DNA from: Mesotaenium endlicherianum
Taxonomy: Eukaryota
Reading direction: 5' to 3'
DNA: 64,000 nucleotides
Assembly (NCBI GenBank): GCA_009602735.1
Contig: WELA01003305.1
Location: 137,752-201,751, forward strand
Position 1 is the first letter of the stretch, and every line of letters begins with the position of its first letter. Positions 12,919 through 25,364 of this stretch are shown piece by piece. Under the pieces are notes generated by a model. That model did no database searches and had not been told where the DNA came from. It saw only the letters and a list, made by a program, of their open reading frames with translations. A program made the translations under genes and the position numbers.

Positions 12919-15900
12919 GTCTTTGCTGTTCAAGTTGACGCCTCGGGCCAGGCAATAAGCATACACAATCGCCTGCAACTGCTCCTCGCTTGCTCCCTGT
13001 GAAAAAAGACGAAGACCATACCTTCAAAAGGGTCATTGGCAGGTACATATAATACTGCTGATGGTCTAGGTGTCAGAAAAAGCACACATAACATGCAGCA
13101 CACGTGAACCAGTGTCTTGCTACTCCACCTCGTGAGGCCAAGACGAGATTTCGAAATTTTACATACAAGTATCTTACGATGCCCCAGGTTTGCACCAAAG
13201 GAGTGAAGTATGCATGTGTTGCAAAGAGATGGGCGCAGTCAACATCTTACATGCAGATTGTTGCAACTACTGCCACTGAGGGCACGCGCATGGAATGATG
13301 ATCATGACGTGAAGAGTGATCTACTGGTTCGAGCAGCGTATACATCAGACTATGAAGAATGTGACCAGGTCCTAAAAATACTCAAGTGCATGAATTACTA
13401 TCTCGATCTCCTCAAGTGCACGAATAGTAAGCAAGGAGACTGCCTCAAACCCTAGCTTCTCACACATATGATAAGGGATCCCACTCCACTATTGAAGTCA
13501 ACTCCAGAGAAGCCAATAGATGAACAATCCGGCGGTAATGCCTATTCAAAACGAGCAAGCAAAGAAGCATAACATTCCCTATGTAGCTGCATCCTCACAC
13601 AAGCCAATCCCTATTGCTTGACACAAAAGTGCAACTACACATGATAAGACTGTCCATAAAACTCTATCTGCATGTTATTAACAATAACCTACATAACCCA
13701 TCTGTTCTACTCAATATTTACCACAACTACCAAGAGTACTACTCTCAATCTCACCATTCCGCGAAGCTCCAGCAGCTGCACCTTCAATTCCGCAATGTTC
13801 GCCATGGTGAGTATGACCTAATTACAAGCCTAGCACTCCTGCTCAAGATTCGAGGGCTAGCAAGAGCCAGCAAATTTGCGCCACCATTTCTGTGCAACAA
13901 ATAGCTACCAATATTCAAGCTTTCCGCATTCACAATCCTACACTTCAGACAACCATTCTCTACATGAACCCTGTCACGATTGATATAGAAAAAATAGGAA
14001 TGAAGAGTGATACCATCGCATGCGTTAGAGCAAGGTAAACAACTTTGTGCCTGGGTAGGGTAGGGCAAGGGAGCTAGCCTCTGGCCATGTGCGATCATGT
14101 GCGTATGTTTGACCCTCCAACCCAAGCTGCCGCGGGCGAGCAGGCCATCCACCGCAATATTTTTTATCGCAGAGCGCTACCCAGCGAAAGTCTAGAAGGT
14201 ATCTGTCGTGGCCTCGATATTAACGGGTGCTGAATATCTGACCACGTCGATACGTCCAAAACGCACCATACAAAATTCATCTTGGGGAAAAGTCGCGAAG
14301 TGGAGAGGGAAGCAAAGCTCAAAAGTCGGGACTCGGAGTGGCATAATCGCCTGCCCAGTCAAAATCAGTAGTGGTTCTTCGTGGCCGTTGGTGGCCGTCG
14401 TAGTGGCACCCCCTGACGGCATCATCGAACAAGATCGAACGTCTGTATTGGGCCTTTACAGCTAGCACGACAAAAAAATGGATAATGTAGGAATTAGAAC
14501 GGCACCGTCGGAACGGCCGTAGATGGTCGTGGAGGGTGGACTACACCTAAATTTCAGCAGCCTGTCCACGTTCCAAATCTGTGCAACCTGGTACAACCTG
14601 TACAAAGTGCTAGAAAATTGTTATGGAGGACAGCTGGATTCTGCTGGACTGTCATGCTGGGCCAAAGATAATAGAATGCAGATATTTAACTAACGATTTG
14701 CCGTCAAAAAGGTCCGAATATCTATCTGACGGATAAAATGCATCCGGAGTCTAGAATTGCCTTCCACGGACCCTAGCTTCTATGCTCGTTCGCAACATTT
14801 ATGTCATCATTTGTCAAAACTGTTCCAATCTTAGTTTGCAATTTATAGTCAGCATCAGGCAGTTGCCTAGAAGAATTGCCCTGGTCGCCGCCTAGCTTTG
14901 ATTTGTCTCATCTTTTCTGCTCCTTTTGACAATAAAGCGGGACCACGCTTTTCGAGGCGGAAGATGGGCCCCGATGATCACCGGTGACTACCTTTCGGGT
15001 TGTGGGCTCCGCGTGCTGACGGGGCACCAGGGGGGTCGATATGTTGGTCTATACATCGGGTCCCAAGGGTAGCTGGTATAAGAATCGTTGGGCTATGTGT
15101 TTCCTTTTCTCGCCGTGTCGAGAGTCGAGACTCGAAAACCACTGCGACTGTTAACATATAAGCGATATCGTCCAATATCTATTCACAAATTCCAAGTGCC
15201 AGTCCCTATCCCGATAGCGATCGTCAAAAGACTGCAATCAAGTCGCCACGAACTTCCAAGGAGCAGTAAGTATCCAGCAATTCATGTACCTGCCAAAATG
15301 TGTCATGTGGGATTGTATGGGGTCGCTTCCTAAAAACATGACTTGCGGCTGCTCGGAACATCTGATTATCTTTGACATTGGATGGAATCAAATTAACTAT
15401 GATGGAAGTCGAAATTCGATTATGTTAGGAGTCAGGACTGGCCAGGCCTGGCGGTAAGGGCAGGCAGGAGGCTGCAAGTTGGCCTTGTTGTGGCCAGTGC
15501 GGTGTATCGTGCGGCGTGGTGTAGGATGCTCTAGCGTGCTGCTTCCGCTGATGGCCTGGCCCAGCCGGGCCTAGTACCCACCTAGTGCCTCATCGTCTTC
15601 CGAGTATGTGCTGCATGGGGGGGAACTGGCGCTAATTATTCAGATTTATATATCTGAAACCTAATCGAGCCTATCCCGTGTTGGCATCCCTTGCACGCGT
15701 ATAGGTGGCGTATCGAACGTTGACTGCCGACTTTGCGCGTGTGTTGGTTGCTGGTCCTGCTAATGGTTGACTCTGCTCCTTCATTGACCTGAGCTGGACT
15801 TTGCCAAGTTACTTGGGTTGGTGGCCTTAGTGATCACACACCACAAGCTTTCAATCTATGGCTTCTTTTCTCGAAGTTCCCCTCATTTTGCAAAAAGATT

Positions 15901-16189
15901 GAATGCCTTTGGCCTATCTTACTCCCCTCCCTTTTAGCTAGAGCGTTTCGCTTTACGATTGAAGCTACTTTTGCTTTCCAACTTTCTTGCTGCTAGGGGT
16001 TTTGTCATAATTGGGGCATTTGCACCTTCATGCCAATACTTTTTCATTGCAATGCGAAAAGTGTGCCATCTAGCACTTCACTAATTACACATTATTATGT
16101 TTTTTTGACCGTCCAGCAAAACTAAACCCTATTCCTGCTTATCATATCCCAACCGATTATTCTGCATTGCCAATTTAATGGTTAACAAA

Positions 16190-16485
16190 CTCTTGCTTAT
16201 ATACTTGTTACACAAATGAATTGTAAGAAGGTGCATGTTGATGTGTTAACCCCCCAACTGCCATTTCCTTCTAAATTAATGTACACATGTTCTTTTGGCC
16301 TAGACTAAAATATTTGACTTTTGCCTTATGGAGTTTTTCTAGATCATTCTTCTAGATACAAAAATGTATGAGAAGGTTCAAAGGTGATGAACCAAGTCAC
16401 TAGAGTGTCTATCACACTTGAATCCACACAAAATTACTCAATTAATATCAAGACCAAGTAGTACAGTCTAACTTATATCGCTACA
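16190..16485 (+). repeat. Repeat family F fragment (probable LTR 3' part)
   Basis: Similar to 22030-22144 and 25040-25364 (gtacacatgt, agaaggttcaaagg, gaaccaagtcactagagt, cacacttgaatccacaca); ends in ...ctaca. Confidence 0.6.
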
Positions 16486-16619
16486 TCACTCTCCCAACAA
16501 AAAAAGTGACGTCTCGGCGCTTCAAGTTAAGTGTCATACATGAATTGAAGACTAGTAAGAGGTCGTGGGTGGTGGTGACCCACGTGGCTAGCATAATCCA
16601 CAATGTTAAGGGAAAATGT

Positions 16620-18445
16620 GTTAGAATGAACCTTTCTTATTCAAGGAGCTTATTTCATTTAATATATAATATTAGAGTTAATTGGAAATGTGTAATTTGG
16701 GGAGCGATTTTCGCCCTTATAATGAATTCCGTTTACTCATTTATACCCCCTCAATCACTTACCGTAATGTGCCATAGTCGCGCACTAACTCAAGGCACGA
16801 AAAAGAGACAAACTTGAGGACGAGAGCTTCTCCTTTCGAAACTCATGGACCCTTGCCTACTAAGCATACAAGCATATATAGGTCCACACACAACATCAGA
16901 GGACTAAATAGCAAAGGTGCTCTCATTCAGATGACCTTAATGTAGCTAAAACACATCCTACTGACTTAGGTGCAAAACCATGCAATATATTCACTGTGTG
17001 ACCCTGAAATACCAGATGCAATAATTCTGTAAATAATTAATTAATTTGAGCGAATTTAACTGCAACGAGACCTTTCCAAAAAGTCCTAGTTCGCTTAGTT
17101 TGGTGCACAAATGAAGACGTTATGTCAATTTGCGTGAAAGCTGGTCATAATAACAAACCAAAAGGGCACCACATGACTTGCAAGAGAAATCCAACTGTGA
17201 AGCCTACTGTCTAGAATAAGGGACCACAAGATCCCAGCCTGCTGAAACGATCTGAGCTTTTTAGGCGTATTTAGAACGTTTTTCTAATCTCCTAAAAGAC
17301 GTTATACTTTTATTTTGTATATGATTGCATGTTTATTGAATTATTTTGACACACACGTGTTTCGACTAATTCCCAGTCGATTGGCGAAACGACCCGAATA
17401 CTATTGCAAAAAGAATCGTAAAAAGTAATTCGATTACTTCGCAAAAGTATAACGTAATTAATCATAAAGTAGTTTGATTAATTATAACGGAATAAGTTAA
17501 TCAATCATGGATCGATTAACTTATTTTGACTGTCACTATTTCTGATATTAACAGTCATTGTTTTCGGTTAACGACGCGTCGCTAAACCGAAAGAAAACAC
17601 CAAGTTGTGGCCCAAGGGAGCCACCGGTTGGAATTGAACCCGCGACCTCCCGGTCGTCGCGTCGCGATTCCAAAAATAGTCGTAAAGTAAAACGAAATAT
17701 TACATGCAAAGTTACTTTGCATATCGGCGGATTCAAACCCGCGACCTTTCGTTAAAACGTTCACACCAAGCCGATTGGCCAAAGTAGTTATTATAACTAC
17801 CGGTTCATGTCGAATTAATGTGTACGCGATCGCGCGAGCAATCGCGACTTTTAAGAAAGTCGCGCAAACGCGAAAACGCCCGTTTGGCGTATAACGGTTT
17901 TTCGGAAACTGTCGAAAAGTCCCCTAAAGGCCAAACGGCGCGCTAGGAGCATTCGGCCAAATTGGTTATGTCCAATTCAGCCGTTTTTCGTTGAACATGC
18001 ACCAGTGCCCTAGGTGGTGACTTGAAGCACTCCAGTGCCTCACATTGTGCAAGTATACATACTTGCAAGAGTCATTGTGAGTGCAACTCTCACAAGCACG
18101 AATGCTATTAGATATCATTTTCGCTTTCACAAGGATTGTGCATTTTCTCGAAGTTATCGTTATTTCTTTCTGCTAATATTAAATTATCCTTGAATACCGA
18201 GCAAAGATCCTCGTGGAAAGCAAAAACGTTACACCTGCTATGTACGTAGTGACCACCTGGTTGACCAACCCGTTAAGTTGGGACCCTCGTATCTAGGCAT
18301 AACGACCATATTAATTGGTTAGTTAAGTGAAGTCCTAACTGTTCAACTAACTGACGACGGCTCCGCCAACCCAGAATTTAATCACACTGACAGGAAATTG
18401 GTTCACCAAATCGCAGTCAACCTTCCAACTTTTAGTATACTATAT
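16620..18445 (-). mobile_element. Diverged partial LTR of family E, split by a solo LTR D
   Basis: Homologous to 35984-36832 (ttcgcccttataatgaattcc..., agatcccagcctgc|tatgtac...). Boundaries are approximate. Confidence 0.75.
17243..18233. mobile_element. Solo LTR, family D
   Basis: Termini TGAAACG...CGTTACA; exact 5-bp TSD CCTGC (17238-17242 and 18234-18238); homologous to 19094-20016. Confidence 0.9.
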
Positions 18446-18469
18446 ACATCCGCTTGATAGTTACGCCAT

Positions 18470-18999
18470 CATGACGTAGTTGCTCCTCAAAACCAGATAA
18501 CGGCAAATACAACGTAATCCTCTTTGGGTACTGTAAGGAATGCAAGGTACGTCTCCACTTGGTGGAACCAAAAATTCAAGTTGGGTCCTTTTTCAAGCTT
18601 GAAAGTGTTAGGGCAGCCGGGCTTGATGAGTTTCTTTGTCCCCATAGGCTCTTGTGGAAGCTCAAAAGTCAAGGCTGGACTTGGGATGTTGCTTGCAATA
18701 GGGGCAGTTATGGCAGCCATAGCTTCTCTTGGTGCTTATACGGTTGTTTCATAGGTGGCCAAGCCCACTTGGTTGTGGATAGCCATTAAGAAGGATGCCC
18801 ACTCATTTGAGGGAATTCCTTGCGGTGGGGTCAACCTTGCCACAGCGGCTGCCACGGGATCTGATGGTGCTCCTCCTTGTGGTGCTTCTTGTGGTGGCAC
18901 ATTTTCTTCATTTGGCTCTCCCGTCGGCACTGGAGGAGGGTCTCTTGGAGGTGTATTGCCTCCTTCAAAAGCTTGTTGTTGATCTTGAGGATCAGCCAT
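18470..18999 (-). pseudogene. Retrotransposon gag N-terminal/capsid fragment
   Basis: ORFs 18736-18999 and 18487-18720 are in the same frame, separated by a stop: MADPQ...KLIKPGCPNTF..FWFHQVETYL..FAVIWF*GA. This is a gag-capsid-like pattern. Confidence 0.55.
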
Positions 19000-19093
19000 C
19001 TTCTTGTGCTACCAAAGTGCCTGGCTGAAAGGGGCAGAGTGCCCTAGTGGAAGCGTAACTCACGAGGAAAGAAACTAGTTACAATCATACTAA

Positions 19094-20016
19094 TGTAACG
19101 ATCCGAGCTATTTTAGGCGTATTTGCGACGTTTTCCCAATTACCTAAAGTACGTTATACTATTTATCATATTATTTGATAAATGATTGCATCACATTCAA
19201 TTATTCGTCACACGTGTGTGTCGATTAATTCCTGGTCGATTGGCGAAACGACCAAGATACTATTGCAAAAAGCGTCGTAACGTAACTCGACTACTTCGCA
19301 AAAGTACGACATAATTATTCATAAAGTTACTTTGATTAATTATAAGATGATAACTTAATAAATCACGGATTGATTAAGTTGATTTGATTGTCATTATTTC
19401 GGATAATGCACAGTCACAAACTTCGCATTTACGACCGGTCGTTAATACGAAGAAAGCGTCGTAAAATTCAGACAACAATTAATATGCAAAGCGACTTTGC
19501 ATCCGAGCGGATTCGAACCCGCGACTCGTCGTTTGAAACGTTCACACCTAACCAATCGGCGAAGTAGTTATTCGTAACTACCGGTTTATGGCGAAAGTAC
19601 CTGTACGCGACTCCGCGAACCATCGCGACTTTTCAAAAGTCGCGTGAACGCGAATACGCCCGTTTGGCGTGAAACGGTTATTTCGGAAAACCGTCGAAAA
19701 GTCTCCAAACGTCCAAACGGCTCGTTTGGAGCATTCGGCCGAACGGTTTTGTAACCTTTCGTCCGTTTTCGTTGAACATGAACCTGTGCCCTAGGTGGTG
19801 ACTCGAAGCACTCCAGTGCCTCAAGATTTGCAAGTATATATACTTGCAAGAGTCATTGTGAGTGCAACTCTCACAAGCACACATTCTACGTTAATTTACA
19901 TTTTCGCTATTTCAAGTATTCGTCGATTTGCACAAGTATACAGATTTTCTTTCCACTTGAATTAAATATTCCTTGAATACCGAGGAAAGATCCTCTTGAA
20001 AAGCAGAAACGTAACA
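19094..20016. mobile_element. Solo LTR, family D
   Basis: Termini TGTAACG...CGTAACA; exact 5-bp TSD ACTAA (19089-19093 and 20017-20021). Confidence 0.9.
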
Positions 20017-20693
20017 ACTAAAGAGTGCAGCGGCATATCACTAAGAAAGCTTAGGAAAATTACTCAACATTTTGAGTAGCAAGAAACTGCTCACAAATGA
20101 TGTAGGATGGAAGGCCTTGTCATTACCAACTTGTAAAAATTTACAAAAGTGAACTGCCAAGAAATAAAGAAGTTATGCCTATTTATAGTGTTCTGCCTAA
20201 GTGCTCCTCTCTAGGAGAAAGCTACGGAATTTTCTAAGTGTTCGTCAAATCGTCCCTTCTAGAATATTCGTGAGTAGGCCAGATCAGTCTCATCTGACGT
20301 GTTGGGCCGGATTGACGTCCACATACATGCATCGACATTACTAGAATATTCTATCTTAGACGCGCTAGGCTAAACCGAAACTTCTAGGTAAATCGACCTA
20401 GTCGGCACTCCGTGTCAGCCGAACTTACGTGAAAGTTCGAGTTCACCCTAACGGGCCAAATCGCTCGACGTCGTTGGTCAATCCGAGGGTCGCTCGCACC
20501 GCAAATTAAGGACAATCGTCAACCGACCTCAAAACTAATTAAACTTTGGAAATTTATAACTCTCTCAATACTTGACCAAATTCGATGAACTTTATATCCA
20601 AATGACCACAAAAATGCACTCTACGCTTCTATGCAATTAAAATATACTTTCAATGAACTCAAAAATGCACTCTATAAATCTATGACCTTACAC

Positions 20694-20707
20694 TGGCTCC
20701 GATACCA
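20694..20707 (-). promoter_or_regulatory. Primer-binding site (initiator tRNA-Met type) after LTR C
   Basis: Minus strand TGGTATCGGAGCCA, one base after the LTR-terminal CA. Confidence 0.85.
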
Positions 20708-20708
20708 C

Positions 20709-21997
20709 TGTAGTGAAACAGATTGATAAAGTACTTAATAAAGGAGAATACTTTATCTTTTCAAGACTAGGATCTTTGAATACAAGTGGTAGCTTCTTGA
20801 AAGAAATATAGTTTTTAGATAGTTGATACATGTCTCAAACTTGGCAAGTGTGTCGTGGGTTACGAGGTCGAGTGCGCAACATAGGTGTAAGCAACACATC
20901 ATAAGCAAGCAGGCTTTGCTGCAATGAAGTCTATAATACATGTGGCTTTATAGCCAAAAAGGGAGTCACGTCTCAAATGTTTCAATTAAAGAGTGTGTAC
21001 TCTCCGGAGTGAGCACCTCAAAATTGTAAATTGGTAGGAATACAATTAATGAAGTATGGTCCAAAAGATCACTAAAAGCACATCATGATCTTCAAGAGTA
21101 GTCCTCTGCAAGGATTTAAGCTGTGACTTTGCTCACCACTGGTGAAGTTCTTCAAGTGACTGGAAGCCAGGAGGGCTTGCTCTTCACAAGAGAGTAACTG
21201 AGTGGTCCTGAAAACACAAGAGATAAAAGTGTAAGCTTTACTGATAATCTCTGCTACTTACACCTGGCATAATGGGACTTTTAAAAAGATGTTTCTCTAA
21301 AGACATCTCTAGTACTTATACTCTTGAAAATTCGGCGTGGTATGCGGCGGATCCAATGCATTTAGTCACTCTAGGCGGCTCTCCTATGTCCACTAATGTG
21401 TACAAGGCATGTACTAGCGCTCCTATAGGCTAAGCATAATTCATACCAATCAAAGCAAAGCACGTAGAATATGCTATGTGTCTCTCATTGGTGGAGCTTA
21501 CCTTGGGTGATTCTACCTAGATAGTGCCTCAAAAGTGAATCTGGAACTTGAGGAAGCTTCCTCTAAGAGTAGGTGATGCAGGCACCAAGCTATAGCCTCA
21601 ATGATGTACGTATACTATGGAACTGCAAGACTTATGTAGTTTAAGGGGCTCGCAAATTTGTGCGTACAAAGCTAGGGGTCCTTGGGATCACGAAGAGCCA
21701 ACAATGTCACCTTTTGGGGACATTGAGTCACAAGTTGGCCCTTAGGAAAGTTCCGCAAAGGGTCGGTAGGTGACGCGGACTAGATCGCAAATATCTTGCT
21801 CAATACTAGACCAAATGACGCGAAACCGGTGCCATTCGGAAGATGCTTTGACGCGCTACACTTTGGTGACTTTAAAATCTAGAAAATGTCAACATATAGA
21901 TGCGTAAGGTCAATGCAAAGTCGGTCTTCCTAGGTTGATGGTTCACACAAGTGGAGCTCGATTTTGTACGTCAACCTCGACTCAATAAATCATGACA
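20709..21997 (-). mobile_element. Full-length ~1.29-kb LTR, family C (5' LTR of a truncated element)
   Basis: Minus strand TGTCATGATTTATTGAGTCGAGG...CACTACA followed by the PBS; diverged homologue of 52964-53824 and 63166-64000. Confidence 0.8.
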
Positions 21998-22144
21998 AGT
22001 GCGAGAGTGATTGTCGAATGCCCTTTGTACGTGCTAGCTCTTGATTATGTACTTGCTACACAAGTAATTTCTAAGAAGGTGCACGTGGATGTGTTGGCAC
22101 CCAAAACTTGCCACCTCTTTCTAGAATAATGTACACATGTCCTT

Positions 22145-22865
22145 TGTAATGAATCAGTAGATTAGTAGATATATTATTCATTTAAATATAATAGTTATTT
22201 AAGTTCAGCCTACTAAACTCTAGTTGAAAATCAGTCTGCTGGACTTAATATTTAATATCAGTTTAATGACTCTGCCGGAAGCAGCAGGCTGAAGTCCACT
22301 TAAGTCAGCTTGCTGACACATTCTTTGACAGCCAGCTGACTTCCGTACTCGGTAGCAGCGAACTGCCTCGATATGCATCTAAGTACAATATGCTAGATGA
22401 ATGGCCAGATGACATCCCTATGATGGATGGCTATTCGGGATGATGGGAGATGGCGGTGGATTTGGTTAACCGAGGTCCTACCAACGTGGTTAACTCCCGG
22501 GTAGGCGGTGCCATCGCACTGGCCGTTGAGCGGTAAACTCATTCCATGTACATATGCTAGGCATTGCTCTCGAGTTCGGCATTCGGAAACGAGGCCAACT
22601 CTCTTGTACAGCTTACTGAGAGAGATCTGAATCCAAGGCGAGAAGCCATTGATACGCACTGTCTTCTAACCTTGCTTATGTATGAGTTTACTGATTTGCA
22701 TTATTGATGCTAGTTTACTCGCATTTGACTGACGAGTATTATTCACTGCTAGTGTGTTGTCCTTTTGCCGTTTAATCTATTAACGAAAAATCCATAAAGA
22801 TTACTTGCTAATATAAAGATCTTTATTAATTGTTAATCGCCTATTTGGTAAGTCGATTCATTTCA
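22145..22865 (+). repeat. LTR A (5')
   Basis: TG...CA, followed by PBS; four copies in the window. Confidence 0.92.
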
Positions 22866-22899
22866 GTGGTATCGGAGCAGTTATCACAGTCTTCTTTGT

Positions 22900-25009
22900 A
22901 TGGTAAGGACAAGATCTCAAACTAGCAACTCCAGAGACATGGAGAACCAAGATAACGAGAATGTCAAAAACCAGGCGGAAAGCCATGTAGCGGGAACCCG
23001 TACCTATTCTGAAGCAGTGGCAGATACTGTAGCTAGAGAGGCTGCAGATGAGGCAGTTGCTATTGCCGCAGTCGCAGCACAGCAAGCTGAGGAGGAGAGA
23101 GCTAGATTAGCTGAACAATTAGCAAAGGCTGCTGAGGATACGGAAAGGAGGGAAGGACAGCCCGCTGTCGAGCGTACGGTTGAAGAACTTATGGCATCCA
23201 GGGCCAATGATCTGAACCCACCTCCTGCTCTACAACTCAATGTACCCCTAGGTCAAATACGTGACCGGCTGAATGCGGCAGGAATTGCTGCTGCAGGAGC
23301 GAGAGGGACTGTTGAGGACACTACTCAGCGAGTAGATGCCAATGCTGCTGCTGCATTTGCTAAACTACCACCCCAAAGTGTAGACTTGGGAGCATTGTTC
23401 GTTCAAATGCAGTCGCAAATGGCGACCATGTATCAGTCCCAACAGGAGGACAAAAGAATCATAATGTCCCTACTCCGGGACAGAGACCAACTGGGGTCTC
23501 AAACCACTGGTGGTGGTGGCACAGGGCTTAGTAAGCCCAAGCCGAAACCTCCCCAGGACTATGATCCTGAGGGAAACAGAAAATTTTACCTTATCAAATT
23601 TCTCGGCGGATGTTGAGCAGCGGCTGGAGAACTACTCAAAACTGCAAGATTACGAGAAGGTCAGGCACACCGGTGCGCTACTGAAAGGCAGTGCCGCAGA
23701 CTGGTGGCTTTACTGGAAAGTGGAGCGTAAGGCTCCGCAACTCGGTGACCCTACGTGGGTAGAGTTTGTCGAGAAGTTGCATGAGAAGTTTGAAGTCATC
23801 AACCAGCAGGAGAAAGCTATCTATGCGATGATCTCCCTGACACTGTAGCAGACCACTTCAGTTGCTGAGTTTGCTCAAAAGTTCCAGGAGAACATGATGA
23901 AACAGCCAGACTTGCCAGAACGGTATAGGATAGCATACTTCAGGTATAGCTTGAGATCCGAAGTCTCTGGTCATTTCGTTGAAAAGAAGTATGAGAAACT
24001 TGCTGACTTGATCCAGGATGCTGATGCCTGGGATCAGCAGCAGTTCAATCACAAGCGGCAGAGTAATGCTTTGGTGTCGAAGGTTGTCAAAAAGCCCCAC
24101 GGTTACTACAATGCAATTAAAGGAGACCAGGCTGAGGATGATCAGGGTGATGAATATGGGTATGAGTACAATGCTATGCAGTCTAGAGGAAGAGGTGGTT
24201 TCTCTTAAGGCGGCTATGGAAGAGGTGGTGGTAGGACTAAGCCGAGACCAGCCTCAGCAAAATCGATTTGCTTCCATTGCCAGCAGCCAGGTCACTTCAG
24301 AGAGCAGTGTCCAGTCAAGCACCTGCCCAAGGTCGAGAGAAAAGACCAGCCTTTAAAAGACAGCAACAGTCAGTAATCCAGTCTACTGACTGTGAGGATG
24401 CTAGAGATAGTGAGTCGTCACTAGCTGCCCTCGTAGCAGGTATTATGGGTCCTGCTGAACTGGATTCACTATGCATGCCTGACAACCAGATAAAGGAGAC
24501 CATCAGCAATATGGACGTGTAGAGAGTGCACACTCTGGATGCTCTTGTTCCACCTGATGTCTAACATTTCTTTGCTAAGTCAGGAGAACAATGCGAAAGT
24601 CAGGAAAAGACAGTCCCCCCTATCCTACTGCATTGCATGATTGCAGGTAGGAAGGTGAGGGCATTTGTTGACGGAGGGACGTCACATACTTTTATCCACA
24701 AGGACTTAGTTAAGCGGCTGAGGCTGCCTACTGTCACCCAAGGGAATAGAAAAATATTCCTTGGAAATGCCTCAAGTATCCCGGGAGGAGTTATAACCAA
24801 GCCTATTGAGGTCCAATTAGGTTCTGGCATTGCAGTTCTAACTGAAACGCTTACGTTTGAGGTACTCAACACTAGCTTTTATGATCTCGTGCTAGGCAGG
24901 TCCTGGCTTAATAGACATCAAGCTGAAGTGTGTTGGAGCAGAGGTACAGTTAAAGTGAGAGGAGACAATGATGGGCAGACTAACTTTGCACCCACCAGTG
25001 CTCTTCCTC
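22900..25009 (+). pseudogene. gag (capsid, CCHC knuckle) and aspartic protease of chromovirus copy 1
   Basis: MVRTRSQ.., [46 protein letters not shown]; stops and frameshifts relative to 41002-43110. Confidence 0.88.
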
Positions 25010-25364
25010 AAGTACAAGAGTGATTCTGGAATGTCTTTCTATGTTCTAGCTCTTGTTTATATACTTGCTAAATAAGTAATTTCTAGGAAGGTGTATGTTG
25101 ATGTGTTGGCACCCAACACATCCCAAAACTTGCCACCTCTTTCTAGAATAATGTACACATGTCCTTTTGACCTAAAAATGGCACATTTGACTTTTGCCAT
25201 GTGGAGTTCTTCTGGGTCTTTCCTCTAACTTCGAAGATGCCTTAGAAGGTTCAAAGGACATGAACCAAGTCACTAGAGTACCTATTCACACTTGAATCCA
25301 CACAATACTACTCCAAATATATTTGAAAACATTAAAATATATGCAAATAACTCAAATCACTACA
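25010..25364 (+). repeat. Family F LTR 3' fragment replacing the RT domain
   Basis: Homology to copy 2 stops at 25009. F sequence ends CACTACA at 25364, then pol resumes ([13 protein letters not shown]). Confidence 0.7.

Noticed and set aside
13100..16180. Short ORFs upstream of the kinase
   Set aside because: No recognisable domains or termini; probably promoter and old repeat debris, which I cannot classify by eye.
17600..17790. Possible functional tRNA gene
   Set aside because: No convincing acceptor or anticodon stem; treated as tRNA-derived LTR sequence.
22393..22659. 88-aa antisense ORF (MRINGFSPWIQ...) recurring four times
   Set aside because: It lies in LTR A, so recurrence reflects LTR identity; non-ATG start and no recognisable domain.
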